From Callorhinchus milii (taxonomy: Eukaryota): a DNA stretch of 64,000 bases. Below are positions 37,757 through 49,868 of this stretch, piece by piece. The stretch is taken from assembly GCF_018977255.1 (NCBI RefSeq), contig NW_024704742.1, forward strand, positions 30,444,001-30,508,000, read 5' to 3'. How positions within the stretch are numbered: position 1 is the first letter of the stretch; every line of letters starts with the position of its first letter. A program made the translations under genes and the position numbers. The notes beneath the pieces were generated by a model. That model was not told the origin of the DNA. It saw only the letters and a list, made by a program, of their open reading frames with translations, and made no database searches.

Positions 37757-38170
37757 TTTTATTCCTTGAATTTGACACAGCGCCTTTCAGGTTGAAAGGT
37801 TGTCTCAAAGCACTTCACAGGTTTTAATGTTAAGTGTAGTGATTCTGTATTTTGTAAGTGACATGCAACCAATTTGCACATAGCAATGTTCCACAAACAA
37901 CCATAAAGTAAATGCCAATTTTATCTGGAGCATTGTTGCCCAGTACACTGGAAGAAACTCTCTTCTCTTTTCAAACAGATATTTTCAAATAGGATGTTTG
38001 GTGTCATCCTGGAATGGCAGACGGGATCTCAGTTTAATGTCTCATCTGAAGGATGGCATCTCTGACAATAAAGCATTGGAGTGTCAGCCTTGACTGAGAG
38101 TTCAAGTCCTATTGTGGGTTGTGAACTTGCAACCTTCGGATCCAAAGGTGAGAGTGCTACCAACTGAGCT
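37757..38170 (-). mobile_element. Older Deu-domain SINE, near full length
   Basis: Reverse-complement tRNA head (gagagtgctaccaactgagct) and Deu block; similar - copies at about 28965-29350, 34410-34755, 36495-36902, 47278-47446 and 48468-48750. Confidence 0.78.
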
Positions 38171-38599
38171 AAAATAATTCTTCAACCTGCTTCTAAGATA
38201 AACATAGGAACAGAAGGAGGCCATTCACCCAGACAAGCCTGTCCCATCAATTTATAAGAAACTTCACATTATGCCAAATGTGCAGGTTGCTTTTACTCAT
38301 CTGTGTGATTTACTCACTGAATCAAAACATCCATTAATTATAAAGAGGCGACGTTTTGAGTTGCCAGATTAAAAGGAAAATAAATGAACCAAACAACGCA
38401 AGGGTTAAGAGAACAAACCTCCAACACAAAATTTACACCGAAATGTTGCTAACACGGACCCTGTTGGGTGAATAATATCTTTCGCCAAGCAACTAATTCA
38501 AGAAGCAGCATGAGCACGCAAGTAATTCCAAACTTCATTCAAAGGAGCACTAACAAAAATAGAAGCAAAGCACAAAGCACAGCAGTGCTTCGCTCTTAC

Positions 38600-38711
38600 C
38601 TTTCGTCCGGAGACTTCTGTGGGGCTTTGCTCTGCCTCCTCGTTCTCTGTCTCCCCCATTTTAAGGTTGCTGACCACTATGATCCCCACTTTGTGTGAAC
38701 CATTAAGAGGG
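38600..38711 (-). CDS. INPP4B: INPP4B-type coding exon (112 nt, end of C2 region)
   Basis: Acceptor gtgttttcag, donor gtaaga. Encodes PLNGSHKVGIIVVSNLKMGETENEEAEQSPTEVSGRK, resembling recalled human [37 protein letters not shown]. Phase 2 to phase 0. Confidence 0.9.
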
Positions 38712-39239
38712 CTGAAAACACAAAGGGAAATCTCCTGACTCAAAGTGAAAGGAATTCTCAGCGGTATTTTGACAGGTCATTCATGGTTTCAAAACGGTCA
38801 TTGCTCACAGGAGTTCTGAAATATTATTCCTTTCAAAGCACTGCCTGGCCCAGGAGTATTCTGGCTGCAAGATCGCCTTCCGCTTTACTGTGTATTTCTG
38901 TTGCATCTATTAATAAACTGCTCATATGTCAATCAGTCCTGTCCAGCATTGAGCAGTAAGAGCAGTGCACTGAATACACAGCGTCAGACCTGAGAAGTAA
39001 CTTAAAATAAAACCACAAACAAGTGCTAGAAAATGCTGCTTTGAACTATGAGAAAATTGAATTCACCACAGGTGATTGAGCTGTGCTGAAAGCGAGATTC
39101 ACTCATTTTGTTCATTATTTTGCTTATAGGTAGATGTTTCTGTTATCTGATTTGCTTAGGAGATGCTGTTGACACAGAAGCAGAGACTCCACTGTCTTAG
39201 AATTAGATCACCCATCCACAAGCACGTTACACTATCAAC

Positions 39240-39680
39240 ACATCACCAACACCAACTTGCATTTATACAGCGGCCTTCACCCAGGATATTGTCGGAGTGC
39301 TGCACAGTGGCAGGGTGCGACCTGAGCAACCACAACAAAATTACACTTATGGAGCGCCTTACACGTTGGGAGGATGTCCCAAAGCGCTCCCAAGAGCAAG
39401 GGAGAAGGGAGGTGATTATAAATGTGGTCGAAGAGCTAGTTCTTCAAGTGGTATTTAAGATTTGAAGATAGATCAAAAGGGGGAGTGAGGCAGAGGGATT
39501 GGGGTATGGAGTTCCAGAGGTTTGAGTCGTTGTGCCTGAAAGCAGGGCTACAGATAGTGGTGTGGAGGAGGGGTTGGTGGACACACAGCTGTCACACAGA
39601 GGTGTTGTGTGTTGGAGGGAGCAACTGGAGAGGTTGATATGGTGAGGTGAGGAGATGCTGATGGGATTTGAACATCTGGG
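39240..39680 (-). mobile_element. Degraded L2 3' fragments with two tails
   Basis: Reverse-complement tails at about 39250 and about 39335-39390. Confidence 0.6.
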
Positions 39681-39979
39681 TTAATGCACACAAGTGCTTG
39701 GCTGGCGAATTAAATAAACATTAACACGCATCAAAAGGCCACAAATTCATCAGATCAAAGGCAGCACAACGCAAGTTATTAATAGGCTACTCAGCAAAAT
39801 GTTCGAAGAATTAATTTCAGACATCTCCCCTCCATTAAAGTTTCTAATGAACACTTTACACTGCAATAGAGAAGACTGAACAGGGCTTTAATCATCACTC
39901 TGTGGCCTGCTTTACCATAAAACACATGGAAGCCAAGTCACTATAACAACCGCATTATTATAACAAGCAGACTGAGAAA

Positions 39980-40292
39980 ATAATAATAATATGATAATCC
40001 TTGCATTTGATATAGCGCTTTTCACGTCTTCTTGATGTCTTGAAGCGCTTCACAGAATATACTGTAAAATGAATTGACTGTATATTTGTAGGGGAAACCT
40101 GGCAGCCGATTGCATACAGCAGTGTCCCACAAACAGTCATGGATTGAGTGACCAATTGTTATTTCTTTCTTGAGGGATTATTATCAGGTGTATGGAGTAA
40201 GGAAACTTGCCCAAGGTTTCGCCCTGTCAGGAATCAAACCCAGGTCTCTTGCTTGTGAAGCGAGTGCTCTAACCACTGAGCTACAGGACTCC
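39980..40292 (-). mobile_element. tRNA-headed SINE, short form
   Basis: Full-length reverse-complement copy ending in ggactcc. Confidence 0.9.
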
Positions 40293-40902
40293 ATAAAATC
40301 AGGCTAGTCCAGAGACGCAGAGAGTGTGCATGTGTGTATGTGAGTGAGAGAGCGACAGACACAGGCACACACACTTACATACATACACACAAGAAGATTA
40401 AAGCAGAATGAAAGAGATGAGTATCGGGCATCATAGAAAATGTACCAAATAGCTGTGAACTGATTAAGGCAAAAATTAAATGCTCTGTACAGTGGAATCC
40501 TCCACTTATTTATAAAGTCACTAAGTCTGGCTTCATCATGCCTGCTGCTCATCTCCTTCATTGTACTGTGTAGCAACGATTATAGAGACCTTCGCAACTA
40601 GCCTTGGGAAAGGATAAAATGTGATTATCTCTGCAAATCGCTGGCTGTTGTTCCACTGCAGAATTTGCATCAATTCTATGGAGTTTTTATAACAACAACA
40701 AATCCTCGCATTTGATATAGGACCTCATCATGTTGTCGAAAAATTTTAAAACGCTTCAATGGATTCATTGTAATGTGTAGTGATAGTATATTTGTAGCTG
40801 AACATGGCAGCAAATTTATTAATAGCAATGTCTCACAAATGGCTAAAAAGTGAATGACCAATTTTATCAGAGATTATTGGCCAGAACAATAGGACTAGCG
40901 TT

Positions 40903-41865
40903 CTATTGGGACCATTGCTGTTTTTGATCTATATAAATAACCTGAATTTGGGTATAGGAAGTACAATTTCTAAATTTGCAGATGATACTAAGTTAGGAAA
41001 AGTAGTAAATGGTAAGGAGGGTAGTAGCACACTGCAATAGGACATAGACAGACTGGTAAAATGGGCAGACACGTGGCAGATGAAGTTTAATGTGAAGACA
41101 TGCAAAGTGAAGCATTTTGGGAGGAAGAATGATAAGAATGATAAGCTGATGGTACAATCTTAAAGGGGGTGAAGGAACAGAGAGACCTGGGGGTTCACAT
41201 AAGCAATCTTTGAAGGTGGCAGGACAGGTAGATAAAGCTGTTAAAAAAGCATACGGGATACTAGGCTTTATAAATAGGGGCATAGAATACAAAAATCAGG
41301 AAGTTATGATGAACCTTTACAAAACACTGGTTAGGCCTCAGCTACAGTACTGTGTTCAGTTCTGGGCCCCACACTTTAGGAAGGCTGTCAAGGCTTTGGA
41401 GAGGGTGCAAAGGAGATTTACCAGGATGGTACCAGGAATGAGGGACTTCAGTTATCAGGAGAGGCTAGAGAAGCTAGGATTATTCTCCTTGGAGCAGAGA
41501 AGCTTAACAGGAGACTTAATAGATGTTCTCAAAATTTTGAGGGGATTCGATAGGGTGAACAAGGTGAAACTATTTCCACTGGTGGGTTGGTTGCTAACCC
41601 GAGGGCACTGATTTAAAATAGTTGTTAAAAGGAACAGAGTGGGAGGTGAGGAGAATTTTTTTCACACAGCGAGTTATTTGGATCTCAAATGCATTGTCTG
41701 TAAGGGTGGTGGAAGCCGATTCAATAACAAGTTTTAAGAGAGAAGTAGATAATTATTTGGGGAGGACATGTTTGCAAGGGAATGGGGAGTGAGCGAGGGA
41801 GCAGGATTGATTTTCATAGCTCTTTGCAAATAGCCGGCACAGACTGTGCTGTATAATTCTATGAT
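40903..41865 (+). mobile_element. 5'-truncated CR1 LINE (RT C-terminus + 3' UTR)
   Basis: KFADDTKLG, LYKTLVRPQLQYCVQFWAPH...LERVQRRFTRM, TRGH; ends in the attctatgat repeat typical of CR1. Confidence 0.93.
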
Positions 41866-43533
41866 AACCTTCCAACTCAAAGGTGTGAGTTCTGCTGACT
41901 GAGCCAAACTAACACCTTAAAAAGATTTTCCCCATGGCCTACCTCAATGGTGTAAGGCAAATGAAGCATTCATCATTTGTTCAGCTCCAGCTGTAGTAGC
42001 CAGCCCTGGATGAGAGTACTTCTCTGATAGTTTCTGCTCTTCTAGGAAAGAGCAGGCATTGTCCGAGACCTGTGAACACTGCGCCTGCAAACTCTCATCT
42101 GGATTAGTTAGGACAATTTTATTTTTGTTGTACACCATTTAAATGCAGCACTGCAATGTAACTTGTATCCCAAAGGATCAAGTTTAAGATCTTTCTCCCC
42201 ATCTTTAATTCCCACCATAGTCCTGCCCCACCCTACTTAAACTTTTTCAGCCCTACATTCCAGCTATACCTATCGTTTGTAGGTCATTTTGTAGGTTAAT
42301 GAATGCTGCCCTCTCTTCCAAAAACAATTTGCTTTGCTACCTGTATTTATTCCTGCCTTGAAAAACTTCTTAAAATGTATCGCTTTGGTCAACATCATTA
42401 ACTTCCCCTGTTCAGCGTCCACCACCTACATGCATGCATGTGTGTCAGCTTGACTCAGTGGTAGCATTCTCACTTCTGAGTTAGAAGATTGTGGGTTCAA
42501 ATCACAGCCTAATCTGACATTCCAGTGCAGTGCTCGGGAGGTGTTCCATTGTTGGAGGTGCCATCCTTTTGGATGAGACGTTATCTGAGGTCCATTTGCC
42601 TATTCAGGGGGACATTAAAGTTCCTATAGCACAATTCGCAAGGAGAAGGGAGTTTCTCTCGATATCCGGGCTAACAATCCTTCTTTACATGTATGAGGCA
42701 TTAGAAATTGCTCACGCTGTCTGTTGCAAGAAAATAGAGCACTAACACACTTCAATCCAATGATACATTGCATTCAATGTATTTTGGTTTATATCACATA
42801 CTCAGTCTGGGAGCAACAGGGAACGGATTAAGATCTCCCATACTAGTGATGTTATGAAATAAATTGGCCATTGAATAATTATATTTGAGCTGTACAATAC
42901 AGCAGTCAGGGAAGATAACTATTTCCATCCGCTTGGCTCATCACTTCATCGCTTGTGAACTGCCAAATTTGTCTCACTTGGAGACAGGTATCTCCTCTAG
43001 CCAAGGACTCCAAACAAACAAGGCAACAATAACCCATCTTAATTGGTCTGACATATAGTTGGAAGATATGGCTTTGGAATAGCCTGTTTCTTTAAAGGTT
43101 TTCTTTTAAAAAAAACATTGGTACATGCTTTACTACTCCGTTTCGGCCGGGTTGGGTTCAATGGCCTGGAAAACCTGAATATGTAATCCAAATAGCTAGC
43201 AAAATGAGTAGCAATCTGGGGCTGTGTTGCCGGACACACTTTCCTGCACATGCACACCCGACCCATCCGTTAGAGTTTTATCTTTAGTTGAGAAAATCAG
43301 AAAGGAGGGGGTCGGAGGCAGTTGGTTCAGCTCTGAACAAATCTACATTCATGCCCTATGTCCCCGTCATGTTTAAAACAAGACAATTAAAACAATTCCA
43401 GCTTTCCTCAGAAGCATGCTGGCATTAGTATTTGCAAATGTAGAAAGCCTCTTTAATGCTATTGCTAATTTCTCTTGATGTTACATGTCATCATCCTGAC
43501 AACAATGTTTACAATGGGAATCTCTGCAATGTA

Positions 43534-44165
43534 GAATCATAGAATTATAGAGAACAGAAGGAGGCCATTCAGCCCATCATGTCTGTGCCGGCTCTTTGAA
43601 AAGAGCCTGTCTAAATCAATCCCATTCCTCCGCGCTCTCCCCATAGCCTTGCAAACTTGTCCTCCCCGATATCTACTTCTCTCCTGAAAGATGTTATCAA
43701 ATTGGCTTCCACCACCCTTTCAGGCAGGATCCTGATGTGCTACGTGAAGATAGGAATACGAGGACAGTAGTAGGCCATTTGGTCCTAAAATCTGCTCCGC
43801 CATTTACCTAGATTACATCTGAATTGTTAACTCAGTACCATTTTTCATACCTCATGCCTCTTCTTCATACCCTTTGATACTCTTATCAGTCAGTATTTAT
43901 CTACTCACCTCTGAAATATTCCCACCAACTCTGCATCAACAGAGATTTGAGGAGTGAATTCCACAATCTCACAGCTCTCTGAGTAAACAAATGCCTTCTC
44001 ATTGCATACTGACAGGTCTAAATCCAATTTATAGATTATGCTCGCTTATTCTGGATTCTGCAATATTTGGAAATAGTCTCTCCTTATTCGCTCTGTCAAT
44101 TCCCTTTACTATCTTAATCATCTTGTTCAGATCACCCCTCAATCTCTGTTCAAGGGAGGTACAGA
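43534..44165 (-). mobile_element. Two CR1 3' fragments
   Basis: atcatagaattatagagaacagaaggaggccattcagccc (reverse-complement CR1 end) and a second end at about 43750. Confidence 0.75.
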
Positions 44166-45250
44166 AATGTTCCGTTCAATCTATAATTCCTCCTTTTTAC
44201 TGATCGCACGTTCTGGGTGAGGAATGATCAGGGAGGCATTTGCTGTGTTAGACCACTGGAGATGGATTTTCATGGATTCATGTTTCATGGATGTTACAGA
44301 CTCCCAGACTGACAAAAACAAATCCCTGCAATCAGCCCACAACAGCCTGCTACTTAAACACCAACCTTGAAAAAAACTGAATTGGCCAGTTACAGCAATT
44401 AATCTGTTTCAGACTTTCTTGATGTCTTGATTGTCTTTGTACAAAGGAATGGTACGATTAAAACGTTATGATATTCACTGTTTTTCAGTCTCTGCTTCTC
44501 TGAAATGGGTCTTCTATCAGTCTCTACTCTCGGTACTGTCTTCTTTGTCTCCCTCTTTCTCCTACTCCATCTCTCTCTGCGTTCCCCCCTATTTCTCCTC
44601 CTTGCTCTCACCTTTTGAACACTCCCTTCTGTTACAGCATCTTTCATTCATTTTCATGCGCTCGCGTGTCCTCTATCCAAATGGAAATGACTTTAAGGTG
44701 GAATCATCAAATTGCTTCTTTTTGTAAATTGAACATTGCTCTTTAAAAACGACATTCTCTGTGATATCCTCACAGTTCCTGACCAGAGACAATGTGGCAG
44801 ATAACACGATTGGCTGGATTACAAATTTGAGGCTGTTTGATTTCCAGCTGGTCCAGTATTCTCCTCATCTCTTGTGTAATAAGCAACATGTACCGAGACT
44901 TCGCTGATAGTCTTATAGCAAGAGTCTTCGCAGTACGGGCCAACTCTTCAACCAAGAAGTATATCACAGAAGAGCCCAATCTCATTCTCACCCGACATAG
45001 AAAATTCCACCTTGTATTAGTCTTTTGTCCTTAAGATTGCGCACAACTGTGTCAAAAAAAAACTTAAATTCCGTCTCAATTCAACAACAAATTACAATTC
45101 AACAATAAAAGGCTATAAGGCCAATTGCAACACCCCGAAGTGCACCTCTGGCTAGTATCAGCTAACCCAGTACAGATTCAACCTTGCAACTCTCAGTCAG
45201 TACAGCTCTGTGCAGCCCAATGTTGCACCAAGACCCATTAATGGACTGTC

Positions 45251-45605
45251 GGAGTCCTGTAGCTCAGTGGCTAGAGCACTCGCCTCGCAAGCGAGAGCCC
45301 TAGGTTCGATAGCCGGCAGAGTGAAATCTTGGGCAAGTTTCCTTACTCCACACATCTCTGTTCACCCCGCAGTAAGTAGGAACCCGGTTGTTAGTTGACT
45401 AGTGATCGCTTTTCCGGGGTAGTAATTCCTTAAAAAAAATTGGTCACTCAATTCACGACTGTTTGTGGGACCCTGCTGTGTGCAATTGGCTGCCGCGTTT
45501 CGTCCACAAAATATACAATCAATTCATTTTACAGTATATTCTGTGAAGCGCTTCGAGACGTCTCGAAGATGTGATGAGCTATGTCAAATGCAAGGATTAT
45601 TATTA
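45251..45605 (+). mobile_element. tRNA-Ala-headed SINE, long form
   Basis: Anticodon arm ctcgc-ctcgcaa-gcgag, A and B boxes, L2-like tail. Confidence 0.92.
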
Positions 45606-46049
45606 TAGTATTATCGGAAATCTAACAGGAATTTGGCTAAGGTAAAATCAGGCTTCATTAATAGTGAAAGAGTCAATTCATAAATTCAGAGAATTCAGAG
45701 AAGCTTTATTAAACGCTCAGAGTCTCCAGGACCAGTACTGGATGAAACAAAGTGTAATCTTACAGATTTCAACTGCCAGATCACTTTGCAATGACTATGA
45801 AGCTGCATATTACTTGATTCCAATTTGTACTGGAACAATATCTCAAGGGAGAAAAGCAGGAATTATGTTGAAAACATTGAAAGGTGAGTCTCTTTTATTC
45901 TCTTTTCTTCTTCCCAATGGACTGAGCAGCCGAAATGTTTGCTGGCTGCCTGAACCACTTGTGAAAATTACCATTTCAATGAAATAAAGGAGCATAAATC
46001 TTTTATTTACTTCATGAATTATCTAAAGACAGGAAGTATCTGCCTTCTA

Positions 46050-46415
46050 ATAATACAGGGCATCTTAAAGTGGTATCACCATATGTAAAAAAATTGCATT
46101 TGGCCATAAATGTTTCAGTGAATTGCTCAGAAGGTGCTGGATAGGGTTGAGAAAGTGAACCCAGTATCATTTAGATTCTCCAAAACAGCAGCAGAAGAGG
46201 CTACATGATTAGGGTTGTAAAGGACAGTAAATTTTAGAACAGACATCAGGATGTATCTCCTTACTGAGGGTGCAATCAAAGCTGGAACTGGTTAACAGGA
46301 AGCGTAATTGAGGCTAAGCCAAGAAACAGTTTGATGCTGTGATGGGAAGACAGTAGGTTGAATATTCTGGAAGGATGCTATCAAGTTCCTTCCTCGTCCT
46401 CTTGTAACCTTATGA
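46050..46415 (+). mobile_element. Old CR1 3' fragment
   Basis: ttcctcgtcctcttgtaaccttatg-type end; upstream tttagaacagacatcagg resembles CR1 3' coding sequence. Confidence 0.55.
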
Positions 46416-46445
46416 CTGGATTACAAATTTGAGGCTGTTTGATTT

Positions 46446-46793
46446 AATCCTTGCATTTGATATAGCACCTATCACGTCATCGAGACCTCTCAAAGCGCTT
46501 CACAGAATACAATTGAATTGACGGTATATTTTGTGGGCGAAATGTGACAGCCAATTGTGCACAGCAGTGTCCCACAAAGAGTGGTAGATTGAGTGACCAA
46601 ATTATTATTATATATTTTTTTGAAGGGGTGATTACTTCTTGAAAGCAATCTGCCAATCGACTAACTACCTGGTTCCTACTTACTGCTATGTAAACAGAAA
46701 TGTGTAGAGTAAGTAAGGAAACTTGACTAAGGTTTCGCCCTGCCCAGGAATCAAACGTAGTTCCTCCTGCTTGTGAGGCAAGTGCTCTAACCA
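46446..46793 (-). mobile_element. tRNA-headed SINE, long form
   Basis: Reverse-complement copy, inverted relative to 45251-45605. Confidence 0.88.
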
Positions 46794-48309
46794 ATCCTTG
46801 TGAGGAGTGTGCAGAGATCTTATTCCAAATGCTATGAAATTAGGTACTATTCCCTCCAGAATTGGTCCACATCCAAGTCCTACTGTGTACTGGATTTATA
46901 GAATACCAGCAATAAAATACTGCACAGCTGCATTAGGTTCTTTGTTTTCCAGAGATTGCTGTTAAAGAAAGACACACCCGGGATTGATGGTGCTAGTTCA
47001 TGACAATGTCCCTCCAGGCATATTTTTCCCTGTAGAACGCGCAATTTTTTATTTGCCCATGATAATAAAAAATAGCTCCACAGAACTTCACAATGACCTT
47101 CAGACAGAGCAGGAAGTCTGACACAAACCCCAAAGCCACTTACTTCACCATTTCAATCATGCACAAGAAACGTTATTCTCTTTGCTGCATCACTTCTAAT
47201 GCTGCTAATTTTTTCAAAATAGCAAGCATGGAAACATCCAAAGTTACCACTTGAAAGCAAACTCAGTTTTAAAGGTGGGGAACCTCAGTTTAATTTGTCA
47301 TGCAAAAGACAGCACCTCCAACATTGTAGCGCACCCCCAGCACTGTAATGGAGCATCAGCTTAGACTATATGAGTCACAAAGTGAGACTTAAATCTTCAA
47401 CCTTCTGACCAGAGGTAAGAGTGCTACCAACTGAGCGAGGCTGACACACACTCATGATTGGAGAACGTTACATGAAATCTCTATCACTTTTGAAGTTACA
47501 AGACAAAAATGTTGTAAATCATCGTAATTATAGTGAATAAGCAGAGACTTGTCTGCACCAGAGCCATTTACTTCAATGGTAGTCTTCTGAAGGACTCGTA
47601 GATCTTTGAATTTTTGGAACAATCCCTCTTGATTTTAACATTCATAAATCGCATTAATGATCGAACTGATTCCATTAGTGTTTCTTGAACTACTACTGGC
47701 ACTATTCATTTTTTACTGCTTGTACCTTTTCAATCAATTAACATTGGTTCATTCCCTCAGGCTGTCAGTTTATTTGAATGTCAGACACCAGCTGTTTGAG
47801 AAAGATCAGAGAGGCTTTAGTCACTGAGGAATTGGTAGGTCAGGAATAATGTGGAAACCAGGCAGGTACTTACTAATTTATTCATGTCTCTAACTTTCAT
47901 AATTTAATCAACAGTCACTCCCTCACCCAAAGGGTAGGATTTAATCTTACTCTGTGTCTCTCATTGAGTATTATACTCATAGTCTGAGCTCATCCAGAAA
48001 ACTCCAGAGCTTTTAAGTATAACAGGTCCCCTAATGCCCCCCTCCACATCCATCAATTTGGTAATATTTCCTGTCTTTAGTGATCAGCTGAGTCTTAATC
48101 CTCACAATATTCTTTTTGGGGTGGAATTGTGGCGACAGCTGTGCATCTGTACTTAACCCAAGTGACCCCGCTTCATGCTCTCAGCCTAGAGAGGGAATGT
48201 CAGAGGTGATTCAATACTAAACCCAAGCTTCTTCCTGTCCTCATCAGATGCCCACACTCACTCACTCACCTTAGGAGAGGAGAGTCCTTTTGACAGTTAA
48301 ATAGTAATA

Positions 48310-48460
48310 TCATAGAATCATAGAATTATACAGCACAGAAGGAGATCATCCGGCCTATTGTGTCTGTGCTGGCTCTTTGAAAAGGGCTATCCAAATCAAT
48401 TCCACTCCCTCACTCTCTCTCCGTAGCCCTGCAAACTTGTCCTCCCCAAATAGTTATCTA
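48310..48460 (-). mobile_element. CR1 3' end
   Basis: atcatagaatcatagaattatacagcacagaagg; the same end occurs at 3765-3830, and related ends at about 14575-14790 and 53410-53660. Confidence 0.8.
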
Positions 48461-49084
48461 TATAACTAATCCTTATGTTTGAATTAGCACCTCATTATGC
48501 CATCAAAACATCTCAGGTAATTCACGGATTTTCCTGCAGCGTGACTGTGAGTCTTGCGGGCAAATGCGGCAGCCAATTTGTGCACAACAATGACCTACAC
48601 CCTGCCATGTCCAATTTTCATTTGGGGAGGATTGTTGGCCAAGACACCGGGAGAAACTTCCCTCTCCTTTTGAAAAGTGCCATGGGATTGTTAATTTCCA
48701 ACTAAACTGTAGAGGGGTCCGCAGTTTCACATCTCATCCAAATGACAGCATTTAGGAGCAGGAACCCTAGATTTTCCACCTCCTTAACCTAGGAACATTG
48801 AGGCTTAATATGGTGCCATTATTGCTGCTCTGGCCGAGGTCAATAACACAGATAGACTGGGACCTTCCTGGTTCATATGGCTCAGTTCAACACTGGGCAG
48901 CACTTTACTGAGCCATCAGGGTGGGGGAGCCCTCATTGAGTTTAGTTATAAGCAAATTAAAGACATATGTGATAACAACCAATGTGACAGGCAGATTTCA
49001 AGCCCTATAATGGCCCTTTACTTTCTAATTATTTACTCTCATTTGTAAGTGCTAACATTGTGAGGTACCCTAACATCAACCCCC

Positions 49085-49868
49085 ATGGTTGCACACTACA
49101 ACTCACCAAGCCAGTCAGGAACCTAGGTGTCTTATTCGACCCTCAACTGTCTTTTCTCCCCCACATTTAAGCCATGACCCGCTCTGCCTTCCCTTAACTC
49201 CGTAACATCGCCCGACTCCGCCACTACTTCACCCCTCAGACCGCTGAAACTCTTGTTCATGCCTTCATCACCTCCAGGCTCGACTATGCAAACGCCCTGC
49301 TTGTCGGCCTTCCCAACTCCTCCCTCCACAGGCTGCAGATAATTCAGAACTCTGCACCCCGTGTCCTCTCCTGCACCAAACTCTGTGATCCCATCTCCCC
49401 CACTCTCGCCCGAATCCATGGCTCCCTATCCTTCAGAGGATCCAGTTCAAGATCCTGGTCCACACATACAAAGCCCTCCATGGCCTCTCCCCACCCTACA
49501 TCTGCGACCTCCTAACCCCCTACCAACCCACCCGCTCCCTCCGCTCAGCCGGCTCTGGCCTGCTCCACGTCCCCCGCCCCACCATTGGGGGGAGAGCCTT
49601 CAGCCACTCTGCCCCCAAGCTCTGGAATTCCATCCCCCAGTCACTCCGCCTCGCCTCCTCCTTAGCCTCCTTCAAGTCCCGCCTCAAGACCACCCTCTTC
49701 GACCATGCCATCGGCCACCCCCCCCTTCCCCTCCCCTCCCCTCCCCTCCCTTACCCCATCCAACCCCAGCTCGGGTCTGAAATGCTGTTCTGAAATGCTG
49801 TACTATGTCTAGCGCCTTGGGACGTTCTCCCGACGTGAAAGGCACTATACAAATGTAATCTTGTTGTT
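49085..49868 (+). mobile_element. 5'-truncated L2 with intact tail
   Basis: [18 protein letters not shown]...ETLVHAFITSRLDYANALL; tail ...gacgtgaaaggcactatacaaatgtaatcttgttgtt. Confidence 0.92.
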
